Shown: positions 49,522 to 62,225 of the stretch, piece after piece
Layout: every line of letters starts with the position of its first letter
Numbering within the stretch: the stretch's first letter is position 1
Source: Mobula hypostoma
Taxonomy: Eukaryota
Assembly (NCBI RefSeq): GCF_963921235.1
Contig: NC_086098.1
Coordinates: 235,166,001-235,230,000 of the forward strand
Direction of reading: 5' to 3'
Length of the DNA stretch: 64,000 bases
The notes under the pieces: generated by a model
Databases searched by the model: none
Told to the model about the DNA's origin: nothing
What the model saw: only the letters and a program-made list of their open reading frames with translations
Position numbers and translations under genes: made by a program

Positions 49522-52500
49522 CAGTGGCATGCAAAAGTTTGGGCACCCCAGTCAAATTTTCTGTTACTGTGAATAGATAAGTGAGTAGAAGATGAACTGA
49601 TCTCCAAAAGTCATAAAGTTAAAGATGAAACATTCTTTTCAACATTTTAAGCAAGATCAGTGTATTATTTTGGTTTTGTACAATTTTTGAGTGGGAAAAA
49701 AAGGAAAGGAGCACCATCCAAGAGATTTGAGCTCAAAGATAACTTTTACCAAGGTCTCAGACCTTAATTAGCTTGTTAGGACTACGGCTTGTTCACATTC
49801 ATCGTTAGGAAAGGCCAGGTGATGCAAATTTCAAAGCTTTATAAACACCCTGACTCCTCAAACCTTGTCCCAAAATAAGGACACATTAATAAGGAATAGA
49901 AAAGATTTCATACTGTTTATGGTAGATGCAATTAACTGTTCAGCGCAAACAGACAAAAGAACAGAAAAAATTAAAATTATAGTCAAGTCTGGAGAAAAAT
50001 ATCTTGGTATTACAGGGCTTAGGTGGGAAGCAGTTGAAAAAACGCTGAATGGAGGATCAAACAGATCACAGGCAGGGAAGGCAGGATCTTGATGGCAATA
50101 TATATTTTGCAATGGAATGCAAGGAGTCTTATCGCAAATGGTCAAGAATTTAAGAAATATGTATCAGAACTTAAGGAAAAACCTCAGATTCCATGTATAT
50201 AAGAAACATGGTTGAAACCACTATTAGATTTTCAAGGATATACAGCAATTAGGAGGGATAGAAGCAATGGCGATGGTGGAGGAGTATCAATATTTATAGC
50301 CAGTGGGATGAGGTATAATATAGTCAACATAGGGCAGAAGTATGAATCAATAACAATCAAAATATGGATAGGCAGAGAAAGCTTGGTAATAATAAATTAT
50401 TATAATCCACATAGAAGACTAAGCAAAGATACATTAAACAAAGCGGGTGGTAGGATACGAGGGAAAATAATATGGTGGGGGATTTCAATGGACACAGTAC
50501 ACTATGGGGATGTAAAAATGTGGATGAAAATGGATTAGTGATAGAAGAATTTCTAGATGATGAAAAACTGGTATGTATGAATAGTGGAGAAGGTACGAGA
50601 TATAATATATCCCAAAGCACAGAAACTGCAAAAGACTTAACATTTGTAAGTAGAGAATTAGCAGGAATCAGTATTTGGAACGTACTGAAACAAACTACAG
50701 TAGGAAGTGATCACTATCCCTTACTCACAAGGATTCAGGTTAAAATAGAACAAAATGTAGGATCTAGAGTGTCAAGGTGGAAACTAAGTAAGGCAGAGAG
50801 GGAGATATTTCAAAAATGAAGTGAAGTAAGATGCGCAAAGATTTTAGATGAAAATATATCAGATATAGAAGAAATGAATGATAAATTGGTCACAGCAATT
50901 ATAAATTCGGCAGAAGAAACAATTCCGAAAAGTAAAGGTACAGGAAAGAGGAAAAATGTTCCATGGTGGAATTGTGAATGTAGTAGAAGTATTAAAGCAA
51001 GAAATAAAGCATTTATAATGTTAAAAAGACAACATTCAGTAGAAACATTAATACAATATAAAAGAGCACAAGCAGAAGTTTGGAAAACAATCAGATAAGC
51101 AAAGCGAGCATTTTGGAGACAGTATTGTAACAAAATTGGAAGAGAAACTCAACTGTCCGAAATATGGGGCATGATAAGGAAAATGAATGGTATAAGAAGT
51201 AGTAAAGAGATTCCTGTGCTAAAAAGTAAGGACAAAATGGCAATTAACAATGTAGAAAAAGCAGCAATATTGGCAAAGACTTTTGTAAACATACATAGCT
51301 TGGAGAATTTGACAGTCGAGGCTAGACAGCAAAGGGAGGAGAGGCTTAAGCAAAATTCAGGATTTACGGACAAAAGAGCAACCTCAGAAGAAGTGCTGGA
51401 TACACATATTAGCATAACAGAAATAGAAAGAGCCATTACGAATGCGTGGCCAACTTCTCCTGGGAAGGATCAAGTATGGGGTATAATGCTAAAGCATTTA
51501 TCAAGAAGTGCACTTCTAGTTCTACAGAGACTGTTTAATAAAATATGGGAAATTGGAAACTACCAACTGCATGGAAACATTCTGATATTGTTCCAGTATT
51601 AAAACCTGGTAAAGATTCATCTGACCCAACAAATTTAGACCAATTGTACTAACTTCACAGCTAGGTAAACTTATGGAAGGAATAATAACTGATAGGCTTA
51701 CATACGTTTTAGAAAAAAGAAATCTTATCTCTCCCTACCAAAGCAGTTTTCGTAAAGGAAGAACTACAGTAGATTCAATACTTAGCTTGGAATCTGAAAT
51801 TAGGAAGGCTCAAACAAATAAAGGAATGGTCCTGTCGGTATTTTTTGACATAGAAAGGCATATGATATGATCTGGAAAGAGGGAGTGTTAATTAAATTGA
51901 AAGAACTAGGGGTGGAAGGAAAATTATATAATTGGGTTCTAGACTTCCTTTTTGTCGAACAATTCAAGTCAAGATGGAAACAGAGTACTCCAGGACATAT
52001 TTGGTTGAAAATGGAACACAAGGTAGTGTCTGCAGTCCATTACTATTTTCCATAGTGATAAATGACATATTTGCGCAAGTTAAACATAGTGTGGGGAAAT
52101 CCTTATATGCAGATGATGGAGCTTTATGGGTGAGGGGAAGAAATTTAATTTATATACAAAGGAAAATGCAAGATGCAATAAATAAAGTGGAGGAGTGGGC
52201 AAGTAAATGGGGTTTCAAATTGTCTACAAGTAAGTTGCAAGTGATATGTTTCTCAAGAAGTCACAAACCAGTTTCCATGAAATTATACGAACAAAAATTA
52301 GAGCAGGTAAAGGTAATTCGGTTCCTTGGTTTGTTATTTGATGAGAAATGTACATGGAAAAAGCAAATCGAGAAAATTACAAACAAATGTAAAAAAATAA
52401 ATAACTTATTGAGGGGTCTTGCCAGACAGGACTGGGGTGCGAGCAGGATATCGCTATTAAATATTTATCAAGCTTTAATGAGGGCTACATTGGATTATGG

Positions 52501-54592
52501 AAGGGAAGCTTACATGTCCGCTGCAGAAAGTAATTTAAAAATGCTGGATGCTGAGCAAGCTCAGGCCCTCAGGATATGTAGTGGTGCATTCAGAACATCA
52601 CCTATATCAGCTCTTTAAGTCGAAATGGGGGAAATGCCATTAAGACTTAGAAAAATAAAGCTAATGCTAAATTATTGGGATAGCATCATGGGACATAACT
52701 ACTCACATCCAGCTAAAGCTATATTAAAAGACTGCTGGGAACATAATAAGTCAAGTTTATAATAGCTTTGGATGGATCGGGGATGCAGCAGCACAAAAAT
52801 ATGGTCTACACGAAATGGACCATCAGTTCCGGTATCTGATGTTCCTCCATGGCTCTTTACAATACATACAGTAGATAAAAACCTGCACCAACTTTTAAAA
52901 AAGAAGTCTAACTATGGAATCAAACAGGTAGTACAAGAATATACAGACTCGCGTTTTAGAAATGAACTTCTAATATTTACGGATGGATCAAAAGACCCTG
53001 GATCTGGCCACACAGGTATTGCAGTCTACACTCCTCAGTGTAAAACTAGTATCGGGAAAAGAACATCAAACCACTTATCAGTGTATACAACAGAATTAAT
53101 GGCAATATTGAGTGCATTATTTTGGATAGAAGAAAATAATTCCAAAAAAGCCGTAATCTGTTCAGACAGTTTATCTGCATTAACCTCAATCAAATCAAGA
53201 AAATCAGAATGTAGACAGGATATTTTATTGGAGATTTTATGCAAGTTATATATACTGACTAAAAATGGGGTAGAAGTAAGCTTTCTTTGGGTTCCTGCTC
53301 GTTGCGGAGTGGAGGGTAATGAAAAGGTGGACAGTATAGCTAAACAATCGCTCAAGTCGTCTATATTAGAGGTCCGGATCCCTCTTAGCAAAGCATTATT
53401 GAGGAGACTTGGCAGAAGCATTGGGATGAGAGTGAAACAGGGAGACATCTGTACAAAATACAGAGACAAGTCAGATACAAAAGATTGTCAAGTGGATATA
53501 GAAAGACAGGAGTGATCATCAGTCATTTGAGAATTGGACACACTAATCTTAATTATACATTACACAAAATAGGGAAGCATCCAACTGGGTTGAGTGAATA
53601 CTGTAATCAACCAGAAACAGTTAAACATGTATTGATAAAATGTAAGAAGTATCAAAAACAAAGAGTGAAGATGATAGGAGCGCTTAAAATAAACAAAAAA
53701 AACTGATGTGGGTATAGAAGACATTTTAAGTGGGAATTCAAGAGAAATACAGATCTGTATCATGAAGTATCTGAAAGACTCAGGTTTATTATATAGAATT
53801 TAGGGAATGCAATTCTTTTCCCTTCTCCTGTTTATCCAACGATCCACACTCCAGTCTAGCAGGTGGCGGTAATGCACCTAAAAGCTGGTTTGCCAACCGC
53901 CATAATACAACACAAGATGAAGAAGAAACCTTGTCCCAACAATCAGCAGCCACGGGTTCCTCTAAGCAGCTGCCTAGCACCCTGAAAATTAAAATAAATG
54001 ATGCCCACAAAGCAGGAGAAGGCTATAAGAAGAGAGCAAACATCACACCGTCTGTAAAAAAGCTGAAGATGAAAAGAGGATGGCTTCTCCAACAGGATAA
54101 TGATCCTAAAGACACCTCAAAATCCACATTGCACTACCTCAAGAGGCACAAGCTGAAGGTTTTGCCATGGCCCTCACAGTCCCCCTACCTAAACATCATC
54201 AAAGATCTGCAGACATACCTCAAAAGAGCAGTGCACGCAAGACGGCCCAAGAATCTCACAGAATGAGAAGACTTTTGCAAGGAAGAATGGGCGAAAATCT
54301 GCCAAACAAGAATTGAAAGACTCTTAGCTGACTACAGAGAGCGTTTACAAGCTGTGATACTTGACCAAATACTGACCATGCAAGGTGCCCAAAGTTTTGC
54401 TTTGGGCCCTTTTCCTTTTTTGTTATTTTGAAAGTGTAAAAGATGGAAATAAAAAAAAGTAATCTTGCTTAAAATATTAAAGAAATATGTCATCTTTCCA
54501 CTTTATGCCTTTTGGAAATCAGATCATCTTTTATTCTCTTAGCCATTCACAGAAATTTTGACCGGGTGTGCCTAAACTTCTGCATGCCAGTG
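49522..54592 (+). mobile_element. Tc1-like DNA transposon, internally deleted
   Basis: Long TIRs cagtggcatgcaaaagtttgggcaccc, with TA at 54593-54594. Transposase remnant LLQQDNDPKDTSKST...WPSQSPYLNII. Confidence 0.92.
49874..53925 (+). mobile_element. I-group (Nimb-like) non-LTR retrotransposon: ORF1 end, APE, RT, RNase H, CCHC finger; frameshifted
   Basis: 14-bp TSD aaaccttgtcccaa (49860-49873 and 53926-53939). QWNARSL, GDFNGH, GSDHYP, LYADDGALW, IFTDGSK, WVPARCGVEGNEKVD, LRIGHT. (GAA)n tail. Confidence 0.92.
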
Positions 54593-54799
54593 TATGTGTG
54601 TGTAAATAGTTCCAATATGTGATCAAATAAATTGTTATGTTTTTTCATAATCAAATGTCCTGTATGCATAGCCTTGGAGGTCGACCGGGGGAGGGGTGGA
54701 TATGGGTTTGCGGGGGGGGGGGCGGGGTTGGTGGTGCTACCTCCCTGAAATGAGTTTTTGCAGGGTAGGATGTCTGAGTGTGTTGTCCCCACCGTATTT

Positions 54800-55310
54800 T
54801 CTCCTCATGATCTCGCTGAGCCTTTGAACGGCGGCTAAAACAGAAAGCTTTAGGTTGAACCTCGGCGGTGCCGCCTCCCCCGTGCAGTACCACCGATTCT
54901 CCAGCGTGGGAGGGTGACTGGTCACCCATCGGGTCGCGGTACCTCCGCCAACACTCACAGTTAGGGGTGGGGGTGGGAAAGTAATGTTTAGGAAGGTCGT
55001 CGTCCGCCCGCTGAGGAAGACGGCATCTCCCCGCCCGTCAGCCGCTCTCTTCCTCCCTTCCCGGGGAGGCAGGTGGCGCAGCCATCTCCCGGCCTCCGCC
55101 GCGCATGCGCGCTGGCCCCAGCCGCCCAGCCGACACCAAATGGCGGCGACTGGAGCCAGCAGGCACCGTGACTACAGCAGTTACCACCCCGCAGATAGAG
55201 AGACTTAACCAAACAAAACAAGTACACATATTACTAATACATCATGACTATTGTCGACAGCGGAAGTGAGAGAAACCAGAAGCAAAGCAAACTTCAGCCG
55301 AGGCGCCAGA
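54800..55310. promoter_or_regulatory. Orphan CpG island with promoter motifs
   Basis: NRF1 GCGCATGCGC near 55101, YY1-like AAATGGCGGC near 55138, ETS CGGAAGTG 55261. Confidence 0.6.
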
Positions 55311-56009
55311 GATTTTTTCTTGCTGGTGCTGCAGTGGGGCTGAATTATTCAGTGATGGTGTTGAGGGATGTACTGTATGGTAATATGTACAGTATTCGTA
55401 AGGCCAGCAGTGGCGTTCAAAAGTCAGTTTCAAGCATAATGTGCCTACTATAAATGCCTTTGTTGATTCACAAGCAACAGCAATTGATAATATAGAAGTG
55501 AACTGTGACAGTGTCAACAGCATCGGAGACAACCCAGGCTACACAGAGCATAAACAAACAAACCAACAGAGCATCCAACCCACAGCATACAACGTGAATC
55601 ATGCACCGATCCCGCAATTAGTGTCAAATACGTGCTTTTCAACTGAAAAACACACTAACCCACAATGTCCACTGCTATTGGCATTACATAGACAGACAAT
55701 GCCAAAAGATACACCGTTACAAAGATCAAATAAGGGAAAGAACAGATGCAAGGCTTTACCAGGAGCTGGACAAATCGTACTCTGACCAGGCAATACCTCA
55801 ATTAACTGGGCTACTGAATTTAAAACAAGAATCAACAGAATCACCACTTGGAAGTAAAACCAGTAGGTTTAATATCAGTAAATGTAATATTTTAGGATTT
55901 GCAGGAAACATAAGGACTATGGGGTATCCACCACAAAATGATATTTATAATCAGCATTAGTCTAGGCCCAAATTTAAAAAAAAATCAATTGCACTCACCA
56001 TTGATGTTT

Positions 56010-57900
56010 TCAGAGAAGCACAATCCGTCTGTTGTTGTGATTGGCGGTGAAAGCATCAATGATTTTCTGGATATCAAGTGCCTTGGTCCTCCGGCTGTTT
56101 ATGGCCAACAGGGCCAAGTTGCTGTTCCAAGCATCACCGCTGCTGTTCCTTAAGTAGTTTTTGACACGTCCAAGGCAAGAGAAACTCCGTCCGCATGAGG
56201 CAGATGTCACAGGCAGAGTCGGTGATATGCAGATTAGTTTGTATAAATCTATAAATGCATTGCGGTAGGGTCTCATTAGAGCTAGAAATTCCACTGTGTT
56301 ATTCACTGTCTGTCCTTGCTTTTGTTTTGTTTCCAGCAGACGCTGAACCTGATGTAGCTCTACAGTCAGGTTCACTTCAGTCACTCTATAGTATTGGGCC
56401 ATTGGCCAAAGACAATTCTTGTCTAGGAAGAGCTTGTGTTTGGGACTCAATGCTGAGACCCCAGTCAGAACACCCCCAATTTCAAATGAGAATCGTCTTT
56501 TCATTTCAGTCAGAAGTCTTTCTATAACCGGATAGAAACAGTGCTTGCGAAGGTCATCAGAGGATGTGACAGGTGTGCGTTCAGTTTGGGCCGCAAAAAC
56601 AAAATCATGTAGGCGGCGGGGTGACTGGGCCTGTCTCCTTTCATGTGGTCTGCTCTGTATACCGGCCTTGACGCACAGGTCCCTGGCTCTTGCCTGAATT
56701 TCACTCCATGATTCCTCTCCCTGTTTTGCTGAGAGTGAATCGATAACAGACTGAGCCAAGTCCACAGCAGATGAAAGCTCCAAACTGGGAGATTGTAGCT
56801 GGTCTGACATGCACTTGGTGACTCGGAATAAATCCTCAAACAGAGTGAGAAGTAAAGCAAACTGCTCGTCAATCAGTCTATTTACAGCTCTGGCCTCCAT
56901 TTTCCTCGGTGCATTTGGTTGACCCATAATATCTTGTAGTGTAGCTAGAATGGCAGGGAGTGATTTCCTTATAGCCCACAAAGCTGTATACTGCCATGCC
57001 CAGCATGTATCTGACAATTTCTTCAACTCCACGGGCTGTGCAGTTGATTCCAGTTCTCTCTGTTTCTTCACGAAAAGATCGTGGGCAACAGAGTTTGAAA
57101 GAAGTTGTAAAGCAGCTGCACAGTTTCAAAAAACTCATCCGCTTGTTGTACATTGCTCACAACATCCACCAAAACAAGGTTAAGTCTGTGAGCATGGCAG
57201 TGTATATATAATGCCTGCGGGACCTCTTTCCTGAACCTCTTTTGTACCCCATTATTGCACCCAGACATCACTACCGCTCCATCATAACACTGACCTATAC
57301 ACGCATTCTTATCAATAACACACTGGGCGAGTGTCTGTTCAATGCTTTTCAGAGCGACTTTGCGTCCAACCCTTCTGCTGGAATGAAGTGCAAGAATTCT
57401 TCAAGCACTGTTCCGTTATTCAAATACCGCACCACTACTGATATTTGCTCCTGTTTACTTAAGTGTTTACTTTTATCCACCATGATGGCAAAATGTCCAG
57501 CCTCCTTGATTTCTGCACTTATTTGATGTCTGACCATATCCGCCATAATACCCATAATTTCATGTGTTCATGGGTGTTTTTTGCATTTCCAGGATTGTTC
57601 TCTATTTTTTTAGCTACAGTCTTATCAAACTGCCCAATTACACTGAGCAACTCAACAAAGTTTCCCCTACTGCCAGATCCATCATCCTCCCGGTGTCCTC
57701 GCTGGGCAATGCCTTGGCACGCAGTATAACGCAGAGACTCAACCACTGCTCTCATATACTCATGATTTTCTTGGACAATCTTTGCATGTCCTTTATTAAA
57801 CATATTTCCCAATCTTGAACGGTCTTGTTTTCTCAATCTGAATTCGGCCCCAGGCTGAGACACCACTGATTCCTCTGGATGAGGTCACTTTCTCAATAAA
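56010..57900 (-). pseudogene. hAT transposase (ZMYM1/DUF4371-like), frameshifted and catalytically mutated
   Basis: QGIAQRGHRE..GNFVELL, FAIMVDKSKHLSKQEQ, QCYDGAVVMSG, IHCHAHRLNL, TLPVTSASCGRSFS spread over at least 4 frames. Confidence 0.9.
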
Positions 57901-58309
57901 AATCAATCCATTTTTCACGCCGGCCAAAATAATGCACGTGCCAGGCCCACACTGGCTTGTAAAGGCACAACGTGTGTGTGGGGCATCCGTCAGTCTTGGG
58001 AGACCATGGATCTGTACCTGGATCCTGCACAATGTATGTATACTATCAATCTCTCGCCTGAGTGGCATCACCACCTTAAGTGATCTTAACTGATCTGAGG
58101 CAAGACATTGACAATGAACAAATAAGCTTTAGTGCAGAGTGGATCTGGCCTTAGACCAGCAGAGGTTATAACTTTATTGCTGCCTGGGTGCTATGGTAAT
58201 TGGGGGGCAATTTTTCACTAGCTCAGCTGGAGAAACAAGCTGTATTCAAAACTATACTGTACAGAGAAAGCAGCTGCAATTTGTATGCAAATTTCAGGTT
58301 ATTTCTGCA

Positions 58310-59104
58310 GGTCCACCTCAGCGCCGCCACTGGCCGAGGGGCAACAGCAACAGCTTTACCTACAGCGGCAAGCAAAGCGCGGCTATTCGCCCTCGCCGTG
58401 ACGTCACCGCTGCCCGCCCTCACGACGTGCGTTTGGCGCGCGAACCGCAGTCGGTTGCCCGCTCGCTCCGCGTGGGGGGGGGGAAATTACTGCGCATGCG
58501 TGCTGGCCACTGCAAAGGGGACTGCGCAGGCGTACCATCTAACGGTCTTTCTGACTGCCCTCCCCGCTACGAATACTTCTGTGTGCGTGAGGCGAATGTA
58601 ATCCACCGGGCCACATTCTCATTCTTTTTCCCCCCCTCCAAATCATCTCCTTGATCCTATTGATGATAAGACGAAGTTTCCCATCGAGTGCCCGCAGTAC
58701 ACAGAGATCTTAGTCAGAAGCTCTGCATCGTTGCGTGCGCGATAGCTACGTGACGTATTAGAGGAAAGGACAGCGTAGATTTCGTGCGCGCTCATCAACC
58801 GCCTTCCCCCTCACGTGACGCATTTATTTTGGAGGGGAGGGGGCAGCGTTTTTTGCGTGCGCGCTTCATCCCCCATCTCCTACGTTCGTGTTAGGAGAGG
58901 CGAGCGGAGGTTACGTGCGCGCTCCCCCTCTCCACCCCCTCATCTGGGTGCAGACGAGACAGCTGGCGGTGGGGGCGTGCTTGTGCGCGTTCGCGTGCTG
59001 TCGGTCGGCGACCCCGCTACTCCCTCTCTCTCCGTGCCTGCGCCTTGCTTTCCCCCTCACCACCCCACCGCAGGGGACGCGCAGCGGGGGGGAGGGGGAC
59101 CAAG
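58310..59104. promoter_or_regulatory. RPRD2: RPRD2 CpG-island promoter and 5' UTR, possibly bidirectional
   Basis: CRE 58399-58406, NRF1 TGCGCATGCG 58491-58500, E-box TCACGTGA 58811-58818, YY1 CAAGATGGCGGC overlapping the ATG. Confidence 0.8.
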
Positions 59105-59276
59105 ATGGCGGCGGCCGGGTCGGCCGCTTGGGCCGCTCTAGAGGCGACGCTGGAGAAGAAGCTGCTGACGGTGACCAACACGATGGACAGTATCCAGGGC
59201 CTGTCCGCCTGGATCCTCGACAACAAGAAGCACTACACCTCCATCGTCAGGCATTGGATGAAGTGCATGAGGAAAG
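59105..59276 (+). CDS. RPRD2: RPRD2 exon 1 (start of the CTD-interacting domain); the gene continues beyond the window
   Basis: ALEATLEKKLLTVTNTMDSIQGLSAWILDNKKHYTSIVRHWMKCMRK resembles RPRD2 [43 protein letters not shown] donor. Confidence 0.93.
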
Positions 59277-60159
59277 GTGAGCGCAGCCTGGCGCCTGGAC
59301 GTGACTGGGGGGAGGGGAGGGCCGGGCCAGGGCACGCAGCATTGTGTGGGTTTGGATATAGGGCTGTGTAGACATATCTGTCTGAGGATTTATCGTTTTA
59401 TATAGCGTGAAAGTTCTCTCACGCTGTCGGCGAGCATCTGTCACATTGGTACGGTTATTTGCACCCACCAAAAGAACTGTGCAGATACTGGACTGGACAT
59501 CAGATGTAAAACAGAAAATGGTCAATAGAGTCAACAGGTCTGACAGCAAGCTTCCCTACACAATTGCTTCCTAAGTTATTGAGAATGTCTCGCTCCTTCG
59601 ATTATATAGATGTTTTCTTTGTTCCTCTGGTCTTTCCAATCAGATTGACAGTTGGCAAGAAAATTTCAAGTGGCTGTGATTCTCCAGTTATTATTGGCTC
59701 GTTTTAGCTAAACAACACTCTTTCTCTAACTTAAACCGCTGCCCCATCTTCTTGCCTTACTTAGTAGTCAATTATAAATAGTACAGGGAATATTTAAAAG
59801 CAATAATTTTGACACCATATTGCTGTGGATTGTTTGCAAGTGGGGTATATTTGTAGCAGAGCTTTGTGTAGCTGTGTTGCTGGGCTTAGGCATACCTGTA
59901 GCCCCAATTTCCAGTTAAATGAAAATGTAATGCTGCCTTTACATCACTCTCTTTCATAATTTTGGGTTACCTATGAGATCTTTTTAAAATGTAAGGGAAG
60001 GGCAGCTGATAATTGATGGATTCATGCTGAATAGAAAAGTTATTGACAGCAATGATTTATCAAAGGTGCAGATTTTTAGTTTCGCAGTGGCAAAAATCTC
60101 ACATTAAGGAGGATACTGGAGAATAATTTCAAAAGGTACAAGCTTGACCAGCCATTTAT

Positions 60160-60860
60160 CACACACAAAATGTTGGAAGAACTCAGCAGGTCAGAAGGCA
60201 TCTATGGAGAGGTAACACAGTCAATATTTTGGGCTGAGACCCTTCATCAGGACTGGAAAGGAAGGGGGAAGATGCCAGAATAAAAAGGTTGGGGGAGGGC
60301 AAGCTAGCAGTGATGGGTGAAATCAGGTTGGGGGGGAGAAGAAGTGAGAGCTGGGAGGGGATGGGTGGAATAGTTAAAGGGCTGAAGAAGAAACAATCTG
60401 GTAGAACGAGTTGGCGGCAGGAGATGGAGTTGATAGGCAAGTGAAGAGAAGTTGTAAGAGGGGAGCTGGAATGGTAAAAGAGACGGGGGGGGGCTAGACA
60501 TTACCAGAAGTTGGAGAAATCGATGTTCATTCCATCATGCTGGAGGCTAAGTAAACAACGTATGAGATCTTGCTCCTCCAACCTGAGAATGTCCTCATTA
60601 AGGCAGCAGAGGAGGCCATAGAACATAGAATGGGAAGTAGAATCAAAATAGGTGGTCACTGGGAAATCCTGTCTGTTGTGGCAGGCAGACAGAACAAAGA
60701 TATTTTGTCTTCTCTCACCTGCCTATCATCACTCCTATGGTGCCTGGCTTGAAACATTGACAGTTTATTCATTTCCATTGATGCTGCCTGACCTATCTTC
60801 CTCCAGTATTTCGTATGTGTTGCTTTGGAATTCTAGCATCAGCAGAATCTCTTGTGTTTT
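60160..60860. mobile_element. Penelope-derived repeat(s) in RPRD2 intron 1
   Basis: cacacaaaatgttggaagaactcagcagg...gggctgagacccttcatcaggac. Confidence 0.75.
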
Positions 60861-61584
60861 GGACTAGCTCACTGAAATAGAGTCTTAAATATTGGAAAAA
60901 GGAAGCAAGCAAGTTAGATTTCTGTAAATAATTGCTATGGATAAGCTGTTGTCTTGAATTTCACATTGAAAATGTTTACTGCTTTAGTGTGATGGGTTTT
61001 GAGTCAGCTTTCTACAGGTATCAGCCATTAGAAGTATCTGCATGTTTTACCCGGGCATTAATGTAGCTAGATTCAACAATCTTGCTTTGTTGTTCTACTA
61101 TGATGTGCTACTAATCTAGGACAAATTTAAAGTTATTCCATGGTATTATGCGAGGATGAGTCAATATTCCACTTGTCGACCGGTATGAATGTTAGTTAGG
61201 GTGATGTGTTCTGTTGGAAACTGGTTTCTACATCTAATGACTATAGGGAATATAAGAACAAAAAGAAGCATTTTGTTTTGATCTGCCAGGTTGCTTTGCA
61301 GATGGTGCAATGTCAATGTGTGAATTGACTCTTGAGTTGTGTATACATTGAGGGAAAATAGAATAAATATGGAGTATTGTCATGGCTTTAATCCTCTGAG
61401 ATATGGCCACTTGATTTGTGCAAAATAACCAGTTGAATTAAGAACTTCTGTCAAGTATGTTGTGCAAAATAGCTGAAGATGAAGGACTCCTCTGCTAATG
61501 GTGATGATAGATGGGAACAATTGGTGCTTATGAATAAAAATCCTGTTGGCATGTCATTTGTTATATTTTTCATGTTCAATTATA

Positions 61585-61695
61585 CAGAAGCATGCAAAAG
61601 TTTGGGCACCCCTGGTCAAAATTTCTGTTACTGTGAATAGCTCAGCGAGTAAAAGATGAACTGATTTCCAAAAGGCATAAAGTTAAAGATGACAC
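61585..61695 (+). mobile_element. Tc1 left-end fragment, same family as 49522
   Basis: TA + cagaagcatgcaaaagtttgggcacccctggtcaaaatttctgttactgtgaatag. Confidence 0.85.
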
Positions 61696-61839
61696 AAATT
61701 TGTCTTGTGTGCTTAATGATTGTTAACTGTCTTTAGTGCTGAAATCAGAGGTAAAATCCAAAATCAGTTGGACTTTTACAACTCCATGGCTTGTATAAAA
61801 CCTCTTTGTAGATATAGTCCTGATCAGTTTTGTGTGTTT

Positions 61840-62225
61840 TGAAAATAATCTCATGGCTCCGTCTGTTTAAGTAGAGAATGGATGTGCCTGTTCTGGGGCG
61901 CAGACCTGGGCGATAAGTACGCAGATCCTGGGCTGCCCAGACATCAAGATCCCCTTCTCGGCCTCGTGGATGTAGCCCAAAGGAATGTGAAGCAGTACAT
62001 TTGGCATCAGCTTGGCTGCAGGAGGTGACGTAATACGTCATCCAACTGCCTTAGGGGCTCCACTCCGGATTTGTGTAGGGTTTACTCCTTAGCTGCCTTT
62101 TCTCCCAAAGATACCCACAAGGTAGTGGGATCCATAACCCTGCATAGGGGCCCATACCGGGTACAGTCAGCCGGAGCCAGCTGAGCCCGGGACTTATGTA
62201 AGGCAAGGTTGTCACGCCCTGTAGT
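61840..62225 (-). mobile_element. RTE-5'UTR-like non-coding retroposon
   Basis: ggagtaaaccctacacaaatccggagtggagcccctaaggc on the minus strand, related to 22748-22790. Confidence 0.5.

Larger units (their letters stand above)
48685..54776 (+). mobile_element. Internally deleted hAT-like DNA transposon (outer layer of the nest)
   Basis: TIRs CAGACATCCCACC and GGTAGGATGTCTG. BED-finger-like ARCTVCNSDFSVAHGGLNDCKRHVE at ~49050-49124. Confidence 0.75.

Noticed and set aside
54790-55020. Telomerase-RNA-like words (ccctaactg, tcagcgggcgg, tctcgctga)
   Set aside because: Wrong order and mixed strands; no full CTAACCCTAA template, CR4/5 or H/ACA domain
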